Source: Octopus bimaculoides (taxonomy: Eukaryota). Taken from it: DNA of 64,000 nucleotides. The translations under genes were made by a program, and so were the position numbers. The notes below the pieces were generated by a model. It searched no databases. It was not told the origin of the DNA and saw nothing but the letters and a program-made list of their open reading frames with translations. The stretch covers positions 134,650,021 through 134,714,020 of the forward strand of contig NC_068982.1 in NCBI RefSeq assembly GCF_001194135.2. Reading direction: 5' to 3'. Shown here piece by piece: positions 24,841-35,210 of this stretch. How positions within the stretch are numbered: the first letter of the stretch is position 1; the number at the start of each line of letters is the position of its first letter.

Positions 24841-24895
24841 CTTCTCTTCCTGTTTTTTATTTTGTAGATTTCCCATGATGTCATTGGCTGGTTAA
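24841..24895 (+). promoter_or_regulatory. 3' splice acceptor (AG 24866-67) followed by uORF MMSLAG* (24875-24895)
   Basis: CTTCTCTTCCTGTTTTTTATTTTGTAG is a long polypyrimidine tract plus TAG. ATGATGTCATTGGCTGGTTAA ends 19 nt before the main ATG. Confidence 0.7.
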
Positions 24896-24914
24896 GTTTT
24901 GGAAGTTTAGAAAC

Positions 24915-26372
24915 ATGGCTGTTCTTGGTTTGCAGATGATTTTTAGCTTAATAGCTTTTACATTTCTGTACAAACTGTCTCGCTATTACTCTTTTGGGAG
25001 GTGGATTCTGTCAAATCGCCTGGTACGTTACCTCCATCCTACAAATGAAGAACTAAAGGTTGCTGCTGGAATACCCATGAGTGGAGGAGGAGGAACGAAA
25101 GCAAGGCATCGAAGGGATTATCGACGGAATAACAACCAAGAATCAGTAAAAACAGAGTCTTTTACTGTACCTCGGAGTGTTTCTTTTACCTTAGAGACTG
25201 CCAAGGTTGAAGCCAAAGATCTTTTACCACTGCACTATTTTGGTGAATTCCAGTGGCTCATGGATTTTTCGTTATGTGCTTTGATTGTCTACATTATAAC
25301 AGAGATTTATTATTCTGTATTATCTCGATCAGAGCTAAATGTCAGCATCCTCTGGTGTTTGTTGGTTCTTGGGTTCTGTTTTAGAATCCTCCTCATGCAG
25401 ACTTCTGTTTATTTTCAAACCGAAGATGGGGGTGAAAGAATTCTCTGCATCACTTTCTCGTTTTTCTTTTTGGTGGCAGCAATGGGAGTATTAATTGTCA
25501 GTGAAGATAACTTGGAATTTGGCTTGGAAAAAGGTTATAAAAATTTCTCAGAAAACGCTATGGTCTTCATGAAAGAACAAGGGGTAGGATCTGAGGGGCC
25601 AATAAGCCTTTTAACTTTCAAAATAGTACTTGCTATTTTATGCGCCTTTATAGGAGCATTTGTCACTTTTCCTGGACTTCGTTTAGGTAAGATGCATGTT
25701 GATGCCCTAAACTATAGTCAAGGTCAGCCTATTTTACAGTCATTGCTCTACATTAGTTTTGTTTTTCCGATGTTTATTTTATTAATGTGGGTGAAGCCAG
25801 TGGCTCGAGATCTTTTATGTGGACTTCATTGGCGAACTCCTGTAAAAGTTATGAGTGAATCAGCATTTGAAACAGCTCGCTTAATAGCTATAGCTGTCTT
25901 TTTTCTGTTGCGCTTTGGCCTTATGAGTACATATCTACAGTCCCATTTGAATCTAGCGTATGAACGTGTTGAAATTATGCACAAGGAGAGTGGCCGTATC
26001 TCAAACGTTGAAATCCAGAAGATGATTGCTCGGGTTTACTATTACCTGTGTTTTGTGGCTCTTCAGTACTTCACACCAATTCTACTTGTATTGTTCTTAA
26101 CGTTTCTGTTGAAGACTTTGGGTGATTACTCTTGGGAGAGCATCTTAGGTGTAGAACATATCATGAAACCAACGACGATACTTTCGCAGTTGAATAACAC
26201 TCATGCAGATCCTGTCGCCCAGGTGACAACAGCTATAGCAAACATTCGTGGTATCTTCACTTCCATTTGGTATCGTGGATTACTGTCGTTTTTGAATTGG
26301 TGGATTATAGCTGCTTGGTTTACCACATCAGTGTTTGGTACTCTTTACTACACAAAGTCTAATGTTGGATGA
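24915..26372 (+). CDS. TMEM161: Transmembrane protein 161 family member (TMEM161A/B-like), 485 aa, uninterrupted CDS
   Basis: Recognised N-terminus MAVLGLQ...SFGRWILSNRLVRYLHPTNEELKVAAG. Family-typical motifs include FQWLMDFS, ENLEFGLEKGY, FPGLRLGKMHVDAL and YYYLCFVALQYFTP, with multiple hydrophobic helices. Length matches the roughly 480-490 aa family size and the start context is strong (AAACATGG). A versus B paralogue cannot be assigned. Confidence 0.95.
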   Translation: MAVLGLQMIFSLIAFTFLYKLSRYYSFGRWILSNRLVRYLHPTNEELKVAAGIPMSGGGGTKARHRRDYRRNNNQESVKTESFTVPRSVSFTLETAKVEAKDLLPLHYFGEFQWLMDFSLCALIVYIITEIYYSVLSRSELNVSILWCLLVLGFCFRILLMQTSVYFQTEDGGERILCITFSFFFLVAAMGVLIVSEDNLEFGLEKGYKNFSENAMVFMKEQGVGSEGPISLLTFKIVLAILCAFIGAFVTFPGLRLGKMHVDALNYSQGQPILQSLLYISFVFPMFILLMWVKPVARDLLCGLHWRTPVKVMSESAFETARLIAIAVFFLLRFGLMSTYLQSHLNLAYERVEIMHKESGRISNVEIQKMIARVYYYLCFVALQYFTPILLVLFLTFLLKTLGDYSWESILGVEHIMKPTTILSQLNNTHADPVAQVTTAIANIRGIFTSIWYRGLLSFLNWWIIAAWFTTSVFGTLYYTKSNVG

Positions 26373-26627
26373 AAATTTCATTACACATCATTGAGAAAGA
26401 ACAAAAAAAGAAACTAAAAAAAAAATAAGTCATGAATGTTTGTGTGTGTGTGTGTTGGTGTTTCAAGATTGATCAGCTCAAGAACTATTTAAACAATTTA
26501 AAAAATTCAATGCAAGTTATAATTTCATGTTTTTAATTGTTTTTTTCTCTCTCTCGGCCATATGTACATAATGAAAAATGTTCATATATATTGTATTTAA
26601 AAACTAACATTTTTTTGTGAAAATCTT

Positions 26628-26633
26628 ATTAAA
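26628..26633 (+). terminator. Possible polyadenylation signal ATTAAA
   Basis: ATTAAA about 255 nt after the stop, followed by U-rich sequence. No AATAAA seen nearby. Confidence 0.3.
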
Positions 26634-26849
26634 CAATTTTTTTCTTAATGGTCTTTTATTTTCATTTTCTTTCTTTTTTCTTATAAGCACATTTCAGTAT
26701 GTTTTTAGATCTAGCTAATTATGTCTGATTTGAATCTAGTCTGTTAGCATGTTGAAATTTAAGCAAAAACTGGTTACATCTTGAACACTGAAATCCAAAA
26801 GCAATTGTTCTTTAATACTACATTTGTTTTGTGTCTGTCTGCTTCAACA

Positions 26850-27290
26850 TCGTTTAGGCCAAATGTGGTGCTGATCTCTGAAGCATTCAAGCTGGTGGTT
26901 CTGTTAGAAGTCTCCATTTCATGAAAGAACTTTATTGAAGAGGTGAGGGGAAGAGATCAGTGTATGCTGATCCGGTGGAGTTATGTTGAAGTAAAAGATA
27001 GCAAGCAAGATGTGGATCCATTGAGGTGGGATGTGAGGGTTTCACAGATGATCCCTTTCAGCAGAACTTGCAGCATGCTGAGCATCATAGGGGCCAATAA
27101 GTGAAAGGGAGTCAAGTTAAATGTGTTGACAGAAGGTGACAGGTGACTGAATTAAATGCGAACCCTGGATGGAGTAGTGCCTATTGGACACAAACTGGGA
27201 CTTGATCAATACTGGTTAGGTGTATAATTGCTGAATGACCCCAAATATCCAATGACCTCAGGTAGCATCACTGATGCTGTGTCCTGGTCC
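26850..27290 (-). mobile_element. Highly degenerate LINE RT C-terminal fragment (CR1/Jockey-like?)
   Basis: Composition shifts from the AT-rich UTR. Broken minus-strand frames weakly resemble the SFF..T...WN.LP region. Confidence 0.3.
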
Positions 27291-27619
27291 ATAAGATATA
27301 TGAAAAAACTCTTAATGTTTCTCTTGAAAAATATTGGGTAATTGAACTCAACATAGGTTAGATATATCAACAACATTTTGTTTGCTTTCTATACTGGCAT
27401 GGGTTGTCATGGGCTGATCCCTTATTTGGAATTACTAGCCTGTAAGTCTAGGTGTTGAGTGGATGCTCCAATTTTGGCACGGTTTCTACCATTGGATGCC
27501 CTTCCTGACACCAACCATTTTACAGAATATACTGGGTATATTGTATTTCGTCATGTTATCTCTTTTTCAAATATTCAAATATTTAATAACTTGTTTGACT
27601 TCTTGACATACTCTTTACT

Positions 27620-27950
27620 CTTTTTTTTACTTGTTTCAGTCATTTGACTGTGGCCATGCTGGAGCACCGCCTTAAGTCGAGCAAATTGACCCCATAGTTT
27701 ATTCTTTGTAAGCCTAGTACTTATTCTATCAGTCGCTTTTGCTGAACCGCTAAGTTACGGGCACGTAAACACACCAGCATCGGTTGTCAAGCGATGGTGG
27801 GGGGGACAAACACAGACACACAAACATACATATATACGACGGGCTTCTTTCAGTTTCCATCTACCAAATCCACTCACAAGGCTTTGGTCGGCCCGAGGCT
27901 ACAGTAGAAGACACTTGCTCAAGGTGCCATGCAGTGGGAATGAAACCGGC
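27620..27950 (-). mobile_element. SINE family A
   Basis: ttttacttgtttcagtcatttgactgtggccatgctggagcaccgcc...cgacgggcttctttcagtttcc...caaggtgccatgcagtggg. Confidence 0.9.
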
Positions 27951-28418
27951 TGGTAAGATGGAAAAAATTCTAAAACATTTTGAATTGATATTTGGATGAC
28001 AGATTCTAATATATTGATATTGCTTTTAATTCTTACCCTCAAATCACTTAAGATCTGAAGCAGTAGAATCATATATATATATATATATGTATGTATGTAT
28101 ATAATAATTTTAACATTCGTTTTCTATGCTGGCATAGGTTAAATATATATTAGAGAAGTATGTCTGTTTTGGGATGTCGATTTTTCTATAAATTATATGC
28201 TTGCGCAAATTTCTGTAGGACATCTCTCTAGCAAACAATGCATTATATGTTTATCAAAAGCACAATGTAATGTTTCGGTAAAGGATTCCCACCCATGTCA
28301 GCATGGAAGGCGGACGTTAAACGATGATGAAATTCGTCACATATCAACACGTATTTTATTTAATGAAATGTTAGAAAAGTGAATGAAGAGTTATCTCCCT
28401 TTATAAATTCACATTATA

Positions 28419-28756
28419 TGGAGAAATTTCAACCATGTTTCATGGTCTGCTACCACAACAGCTCCTATATAGGATCCAGTTAGCTCAAGACATCATCAGG
28501 AGGAACCACGTCCGGTTTCGGCCCCTACTCCTCTACCTTTTTGACGTGGCGGGGCCCCCGTACCTTTCGGAGGTGTCTTCAGCTCTGGTGTTGAGTGCAC
28601 GTCTTCTTTCTTCTGTTCCCTGGCCTCTTCGATGCAGCGTTAACGAGTGTCAGCGGCCGACTGACTGTCTTGTCAAATTTCCCTTTAAATACCTGCTGCT
28701 AGGCTCCAGCACAGGCATCCCCAGCAAGTTGTCACGTGACACTGTCTAAACTTTAA
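28419..28756 (-). mobile_element. 338-bp GC-rich insertion with 24-bp direct repeats (Penelope-like pLTR candidate)
   Basis: CTCCCTTTATAAATTCACATTATA at 28395-28418 and 28757-28780. The minus strand has TATTTAAAG and CTGATGA (28499-28493)...GAAAC (28441). The direct repeat is seen directly; the family call is inference. Confidence 0.7.
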
Positions 28757-29417
28757 CTCCCTTTATAAATTCACATTATAAAATGCATATTTCGCCATTC
28801 GACATCATTTCTCTCCCTCTACAAATCAGCGCAGCCTTTCCTACGAAGAGGTATATTTGAAAAGTTCAATATCATGGCGAAAAAAGAAAATATTAGTAAA
28901 GCTAATACAATATTTAAACACAGGCATGGTTGTGTTGCTAAGAAGTTCTTTTTGCAACCACGTGAGTTCAGGGTTAGTCCCTTCGTGCAGCCCGTTTAAA
29001 CGAGTGTTTTCTATAATAACTTTGCTGATCAATCTCTTGTAAGTGAATTTGGTAGATAGAAAATGTATGGAAGCCCAAGCCCCTTATCTCAACTTCTTTC
29101 AAACCAATATTTACACGCTATTATTTATAGCCTTATTTTCTTCGAGATTCATCGTTCCTAAGAGGAATTATCCAACATTACCAAAGTTTCTAAATCCTGT
29201 TTTATATATTTATGGGTGCATATTGCATGTGTGCGTTTATACTTGTTCCCACATCGCTTGACAACCGGTATTGGTTTGTTTACGTCCCTGTAAATTGTCG
29301 GCAAAAGAAACCTGTGGAATAAGTATCTAACTTTAAATAAATAATCAAAGTACTAGTGTCGATTTGATCGGCTTAACTCTTCGAGGCGGTGCCACAAGTT
29401 GGCTGCAATCCAACGAG

Positions 29418-29790
29418 TACAGAGTGTCCCAAAAGTCACTGATGGGTTTCAATTTTCAATAACTTCCTTAACTTTACAAATAAATGCATGAAATTTTGAT
29501 ACAATATAAAGGACATAATGGACATTAATATTCACAAGTCAAATTTTGCAACACCACTACATCACATATGAAAAATGACATCGCTTAAATAGCAGCCATT
29601 TTCGGCTTCGCACGCCTATGTTCTTCCCAAAACTTGCACCATAACATCCTTGAGTTTCAGGCCCCACTTCTCTGATTTCTCTATTGATGTTCTCCTTCCG
29701 TTGCACCAGGGTCTCCGGTTTGTTGACACAAACCTTCTCTTTCAGGTATCCACACAATATGGATCAGCAGACGTAAAATCAAGGGTGTGA
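29418..29790 (-). mobile_element. Tc1/mariner-superfamily 3' fragment
   Basis: TA plus TIR-like CAGAGTGTCCCAAAAGTCACT at 29420. The minus strand encodes DFTSADP / CGYLKEKVCVNKPETLVQRKENINREI, like the SPDL.P.D..LWGYLK.KVY.NKP.TL..LK transposase C-terminus. Confidence 0.8.
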
Positions 29791-29841
29791 TTTGAAGGAG
29801 ATTTCGTTGCCATTTCTACCAATTCAAGTGACCGTGTAAAA

Positions 29842-30106
29842 CAGTGATTCTCAACCAGGAGCCATATGATCCTTGGTGGGTGGGGTCCATATAAGATTTC
29901 GTTGCTAAAATTTATATGTAATAAATTGGGTATACTCTTACAATAACACAAAACATTTTAACAATTTTTTAATAAATAATTCCTGATAATATTTATTTAC
30001 AAAAATATGAAAAGAACTTTTTAAACATCGAATGGCTATGGAGGTTCATCCAAGTAGAATAAGGACCAAAAGGAGCCATAGGTAAAAAATTGTTTGAGAA
30101 TCACAG
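29842..30106. mobile_element. hAT (Charlie-like) MITE
   Basis: Termini CAGTGATTCTCAAC and TTTGAGAATCACAG, with 8-bp flanks GTGTAAAA / GCGTAAAG (6/8 identical). Confidence 0.8.
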
Positions 30107-31351
30107 GCGTAAAGGCTTTCTTGTTGCTTTTAAATCAACTTTGAATGCATAAATCCAGGGAGAAAAGAAATACGAGGAAAATATATGATTCTTTTATATG
30201 TTTTCGCAGTATTTTCAGTGCCTTTCGATTACTATTTTGAAAATCTTCAAGGGAACTTTAGTTTCATTTAAATTCATTTTCAAAGTAAGATATTTTAGCT
30301 TTAGTATCTAGACATTTTAATTATTCTGAAAATATATAACCATTAATGCGTAGATCATTAAGCCACCATTAACAATATCAAAGCTACGGAGATTGCAAGT
30401 ATGAGGAGAACATCTAGTGCGATGTATCGATTAAAGAGGTTAGGCTCATTACTTATTGGCTGGAGTTTGTTTTTATGTAATTGAAAAATTGGAGTTGATA
30501 ATTACAGTTTAACTGTATAATGCAAGGGAAGTAACTTTCATTACTGACGATGCAGCTTAATGGCTTTAGCTATCTTAAATTTTATACACGAGTTCTGAAC
30601 CTCTACTGAATAATATTAAATGGTTTAGAATAATATTAATTGATTTAATTTAATACAAAAGAAAAAGAAAAGGGATTTGCTTTCAACGCCTGGAATATAT
30701 ATATATAACAGACTAAATTATAGATCATGATTTCGTAGTTATTGCAGTATTATGCAGCTTCTACTCGTCAGTATAATATGGTCAAGACACATGTGTCTTG
30801 AGGGGTTAGCTTTGAGAGTTGCATTTCCTCGCGTTCGGTAAAAATGTGTTTATTATGGTAGTTTGACTTTGGAGTCCCTTTTAGCGTGACGCATTCATGT
30901 ATAGTAATGCCCTTATATAAATAAATATATTTTGGGGAATAAATGATGGATTTTTCCCTTATGAGGTTTTTTTCACGCTAGCTACTTGATAAATTCTTAT
31001 AAAAGAATTCATCCTATTATTGAATTAATTATANNNNNNNNNNNNNNNNNNNNNNNNNNNNNNNNNNNNNNNNNNNNNNNNNNNNNNNNNNNNNNNNNNN
31101 NNNNNNNNNNNNNNNNNNNNNNNNNNNNNNNNNNNNNNNNNNNNNNNNNNNNNNNNNNNNNNNNNNNNNNNNNNNNNNNNNNNNNNNNNNNNNNNNNNNN
31201 NNNNNNNNNNNNNNNNNNNNNNNNNNNNNNNNNNNNNNNNNNNNNNNNNNNNNNNNNNNNNNNNNNNNNNNNNNNNNNNNNNNNNNNNNNNNNNNNNNNN
31301 NNNNNNNNNNNNNNNNNNNNNNNNNNNNNNNNNNNNNNNNNNNNNNNNNNN

Positions 31352-31620
31352 AATCCTTTTCTTCCTTGGCTATCGCCGAGCAAACACGCGAACTTACTTC
31401 GTCCCTACTTTCAGTTCGTGCCTCACAGCGTTCATATACACATAATTTTTCACGTCTGGCCGCATAGCCTTTTCCGTTTGTTTTCCTGTCTTGTTTTTTG
31501 TCCGCCACTACATTCCTCCATGGCACAGGTTTAATTTGCGGTCCATGGGAAGAGCCGTTTTAACGATGCGTCCTGCCCAACTCTTCGAAACGCCGGTGTT
31601 AAAACGGGGGTAACTGATGA
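31352..31620 (-). mobile_element. Possible LINE 5' end (UTR plus start of AP endonuclease)
   Basis: Minus strand reads HELKVGTK*VR, resembling the LKVGTWNVR start of APE domains. It runs into a gap. Confidence 0.35.
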
Positions 31621-32512
31621 AAGAAAATGTTCTCCTTGAGGACATACCCAGGCTTGAGGACATACCCAGGCTTGAAAGAAATGAAGCTAGTATGATCTGC
31701 TGGATGTGTAATGTCAGTGGATGTCAGTGGGCATACACGACAGAGTGTAAGCGCCCCGAGAGAAATGTTGGACATAAGAAGCATCAGATGTGGTGTGCAA
31801 GAGAGACGACTGCGCTGATATGGTTATGTGCTGCGTATGGATAAAGGTGTGAAGAAGTGTCACACACTAACTGGAAGTGACAGGGACTCGTGGAAGAGGA
31901 GACCCAGGAAGACATGGGACGAGGTGGTGAAGCACGACCTTCGGACGTTGGGTCTCACAGAGGCAATGACAAGAGACCGAGACCTTTGGAGATATGCTGT
32001 GATTGAGAAAACTCGGCAAGTAAAATGAGATCACAGCCGTGGCCGATACAAGTGTCGCATAATCAGCCCATTTAAAAGTACCCTTGAATCGTCTGGCAAC
32101 ACGCTGTGCTTGAGAAGACCTATTGAGTCAAGTAAAATTGCAATCAAAATGGAAATCGTAGTTGTGGCCGATGTCAGTGCCGCCTGACTGGCACTCGTGC
32201 TAGTGGCCCGTTATAAGCACCATTCAAGTGTAGGTCGATGCTAGTGCAGACCGACTGGCTCCCCGTGCCGGTGGCACGTAAAAAAGAACCATCCGAACGT
32301 AGCCGATGCCAGTGTCGCCTGACTGGCTCCCGTGCCGGTGGCACGTAAAACCCACCCACTACACTCTCGGAGTGGTTGACATTGGGAAGGGCATCCAGCT
32401 GTAGAAATCTTGCCAGATCAGATTGGACCCTGGTGCAGCCTACTGGCTTGCCAGTCCTCAGTCAAACCGTCCAACCCATGCCAGCATGGAAAACAGACGT
32501 TAAACGATGATA
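31620..32512 (+). mobile_element. RTE-clade LINE 3' end (ORF2 C-terminus plus 3' UTR)
   Basis: Encodes RRPRKTWDEVVKHDLRTLGLTEAMTRDRDLWRYAVIEKTRQVK*. The UTR has tandem GCCGATGCCAGTG(C/T)CGCCTGACTGGC / GGCACGTAAAA units and a CGTTAAACGATGAT tail. An 18-bp tandem duplication lies at 31635-31670. Confidence 0.9.
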
Positions 32513-32524
32513 TATATACATATT

Positions 32525-33228
32525 TACGTGGTCTGATCAATAAGTATCCGGACTGTTGCCATAATAACGAAGTTAAAGCACGCACAGTGAAGCCGCTTGG
32601 CACAGATTGACCTTGCACTCTGCTGTGCATGCGTATTAAGTTTTAACGTTCTAGCTCACTTCTGCTGGCTACAGCAGTGCTTGGAAGGAAGGTGTGTAGC
32701 GTGTGATCGTCGCATTGACCATGGCAGAGAAAGTTGAGCAGAGAACCTGCATAAAATTTTGCCAAAAGCTTGGCGATACCTGTTCAGAGGCCTACGCAAA
32801 GTTTTCAAAGTTTTCATCGTTCTTTATACAATCCAGGAGATCTTGTGCAACTAAAACCCGAGTGTCTTTTTGGTCAGCTGAAAGCAGTTTTGGTGCAAAC
32901 TTGGCAAACACGCGTCTCATATCCAAATCTTCAGTGATCATAGACTGAACTGAACCGTAACTAATTTGCACATCCGCTGATAACTCACGGATGGTGGTTC
33001 GATGATTTCTTCACACAGCTGCAAGTACATTTGCGATGTATTTCTCCATTCTGCTGGTTGCGGGTCTCCAAGAACGTTCGTCAATATCGACATTTTTTCG
33101 GCCATCTTGAAAATGTCTGAACCACTCGTACAGTTGTGTGCGGCTCATACACCCGCTCTTCATACACTTTCTGCAACTTAGGCCCCTGAGCTGGTATCAT
33201 TGCGACGATCACACGCTACACACCTTCC
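32525..33228. mobile_element. Two 5' fragments of one mariner family fused convergently
   Basis: TA+CGTGGTCTGATCAATAAGTATCCGGACT TIR at 32525. The plus strand encodes MAEKVEQRTCIKFCQKLGDTCSEAYAK from 32721. The minus strand encodes MSRTQLYEWFRHFQDGRKNVDIDERSWRPATSR...RRVFAKFAPKLLSADQK...KNDENF. An exact 28-bp inverted repeat lies at 32687-32714 / 33201-33228. Confidence 0.85.
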
Positions 33229-33570
33229 ATGTAACTGGGAAGCAGGCTTCTTACCACAGAGCCATGCCTGAAGCAGACGAATGAGTTATCTGGTGTCGCT
33301 ACAATTGCTTCTTTAGGAATCTGTTTTCATTGCGACAGGAGTATAATGCAATTAATTAGATAGTGTATTAGGTTGCTCAACTCCCAACTCACCAGGCCAC
33401 CAAATAAACAAGTGAGCCGTAACTTGTTGATTATTCAACAGATTCTCAACAAGTGAAATTTCTAATCGAAAATATCAGAATTTAAGAAATTTAAAGTAGG
33501 TGTGTCCTTAGGTTGTCAATCTAGTGGGTTGGATAGTGGCATACGGTCGTAGATATATTTTACTTGTTTC

Positions 33571-33608
33571 AGTCTGTTGAAGAGCGTAGGCTCGAAACGT
33601 AATAGACT
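33571..33608 (+). ncRNA. Hammerhead-like three-helix motif with non-canonical core (Penelope-type?)
   Basis: AGTCTGT-TGAA-GAGC-GTAG-GCTC-GAAA-CG-TA-ATAGACT gives a 7-bp stem I (one G.U), a 4-bp stem II and a palindromic ACGT stem III. The CUGANGA box is shortened or altered. Confidence 0.35.
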
Positions 33609-33874
33609 TTCTCATTTTCCCGCGCGTAAAACTGATACACCTCCTTGTTGTTCACACACCTGTCTTCGTCTTTTGTTTTTCTATAAATTTTAACTACATG
33701 TACATATATGGCAAGGCTCTTTTCAGTTTCAGTCTACAAAATCGGATCGGGTCTACAGTTGAAGACGTTTGCCCAAGGTAACACGAAATGGAACTGCACC
33801 CGGAACAATATGGATGGAAGCTAACTTTTTACCACCCACTCACCCACACTTACATGTATATATATATATATATA

Positions 33875-34116
33875 CTCTTTACTCTTTTACTTGTTTCAGT
33901 CACTTGACTGCAGCCATGCTGGAGCACCGCCTTTAGTCGAGCAAATCGACCCGGGACTTATTCTTTGTAAGCCTAGTACTTATTCTATCGGTCTCTTTTG
34001 CCGAACCGCTAGAAGACGGGGACATAAACACACCAGCATCGGTTGTCAACCAATGCTAGGAGGACAAACACAGCCACACACACATAGATATACATATATA
34101 CGACGGGCTTCTTTCA
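33875..34116 (-). mobile_element. SINE family A (head lost in gap)
   Basis: Tail tactctttactcttttacttgtttcagtc through cgacgggcttctttca, near-identical to 5941-6343. Confidence 0.9.
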
Positions 34117-34596
34117 NNNNNNNNNNNNNNNNNNNNNNNNNNNNNNNNNNNNNNNNNNNNNNNNNNNNNNNNNNNNNNNNNNNNNNNNNNNNNNNNNNNN
34201 NNNNNNNNNNNNNNNNNNNNNNNNNNNNNNNNNNNNNNNNNNNNNNNNNNNNNNNNNNNNNNNNNNNNNNNNNNNNNNNNNNNNNNNNNNNNNNNNNNNN
34301 NNNNNNNNNNNNNNNNNNNNNNNNNNNNNNNNNNNNNNNNNNNNNNNNNNNNNNNNNNNNNNNNNNNNNNNNNNNNNNNNNNNNNNNNNNNNNNNNNNNN
34401 NNNNNNNNNNNNNNNNNNNNNNNNNNNNNNNNNNNNNNNNNNNNNNNNNNNNNNNNNNNNNNNNNNNNNNNNNNNNNNNNNNNNNNNNNNNNNNNNNNNN
34501 NNNNNNNNNNNNNNNNNNNNNNNNNNNNNNNNNNNNNNNNNNNNNNNNNNNNNNNNNNNNNNNNNNNNNNNNNNNNNNNNNNNNNNNNNNNNNNNN

Positions 34597-35144
34597 TATA
34601 TATATATATATATATATATATTTATGTATATATCATGAATGTATATATATATATACATATACATATACATACATTTAAAAAATAAATACTGGGGTTCACC
34701 TTTGCGACGAAGAAATCCTTCAAGACGGTGCCCCAGCACGGCCGCACTTCAATGAATTCAGAAAGTAAATACAATAACAGAAACGCGCGCACACACACAT
34801 ACATACACACATACATGCATACACACATACATACATACATACACACACATAGATACATACATACATTGATACATCATACATACATACATACATACATACA
34901 TACATACATAAATACATACATACACACACATACATACATACATACATACATACATACATACATACATGCATGCATGCATGCATACATACATACATACATA
35001 TATAATACATACACGCATGCATGCATACATACATGCATGCATACATACATTCGTACATACACACACACATATATACATACATGTACATAATACATACATA
35101 CATACATGTCTGTATGTATGTATATATGATGTATGTATGTATTA

Positions 35145-35194
<50 letters not shown>

Positions 35195-35210
35195 CCTACA
35201 TACATACACA
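34597..35210. repeat. Compound microsatellite block (TA, ATAC/ATGC, ATCT)
   Basis: Direct inspection. It generates the low-complexity MYVC/HTYI ORFs. Confidence 0.95.

Noticed and set aside
26395-26425. A-rich tract as proof of a retrocopy poly(A) tail
   Set aside because: A-rich runs are ubiquitous here and no TSD was found, so it is kept only as a weak hint.
28435-28749. 104-aa ORF inside the GC-rich cassette
   Set aside because: It is confined to an inserted repeat, where higher GC lowers stop frequency, and has no known motif.
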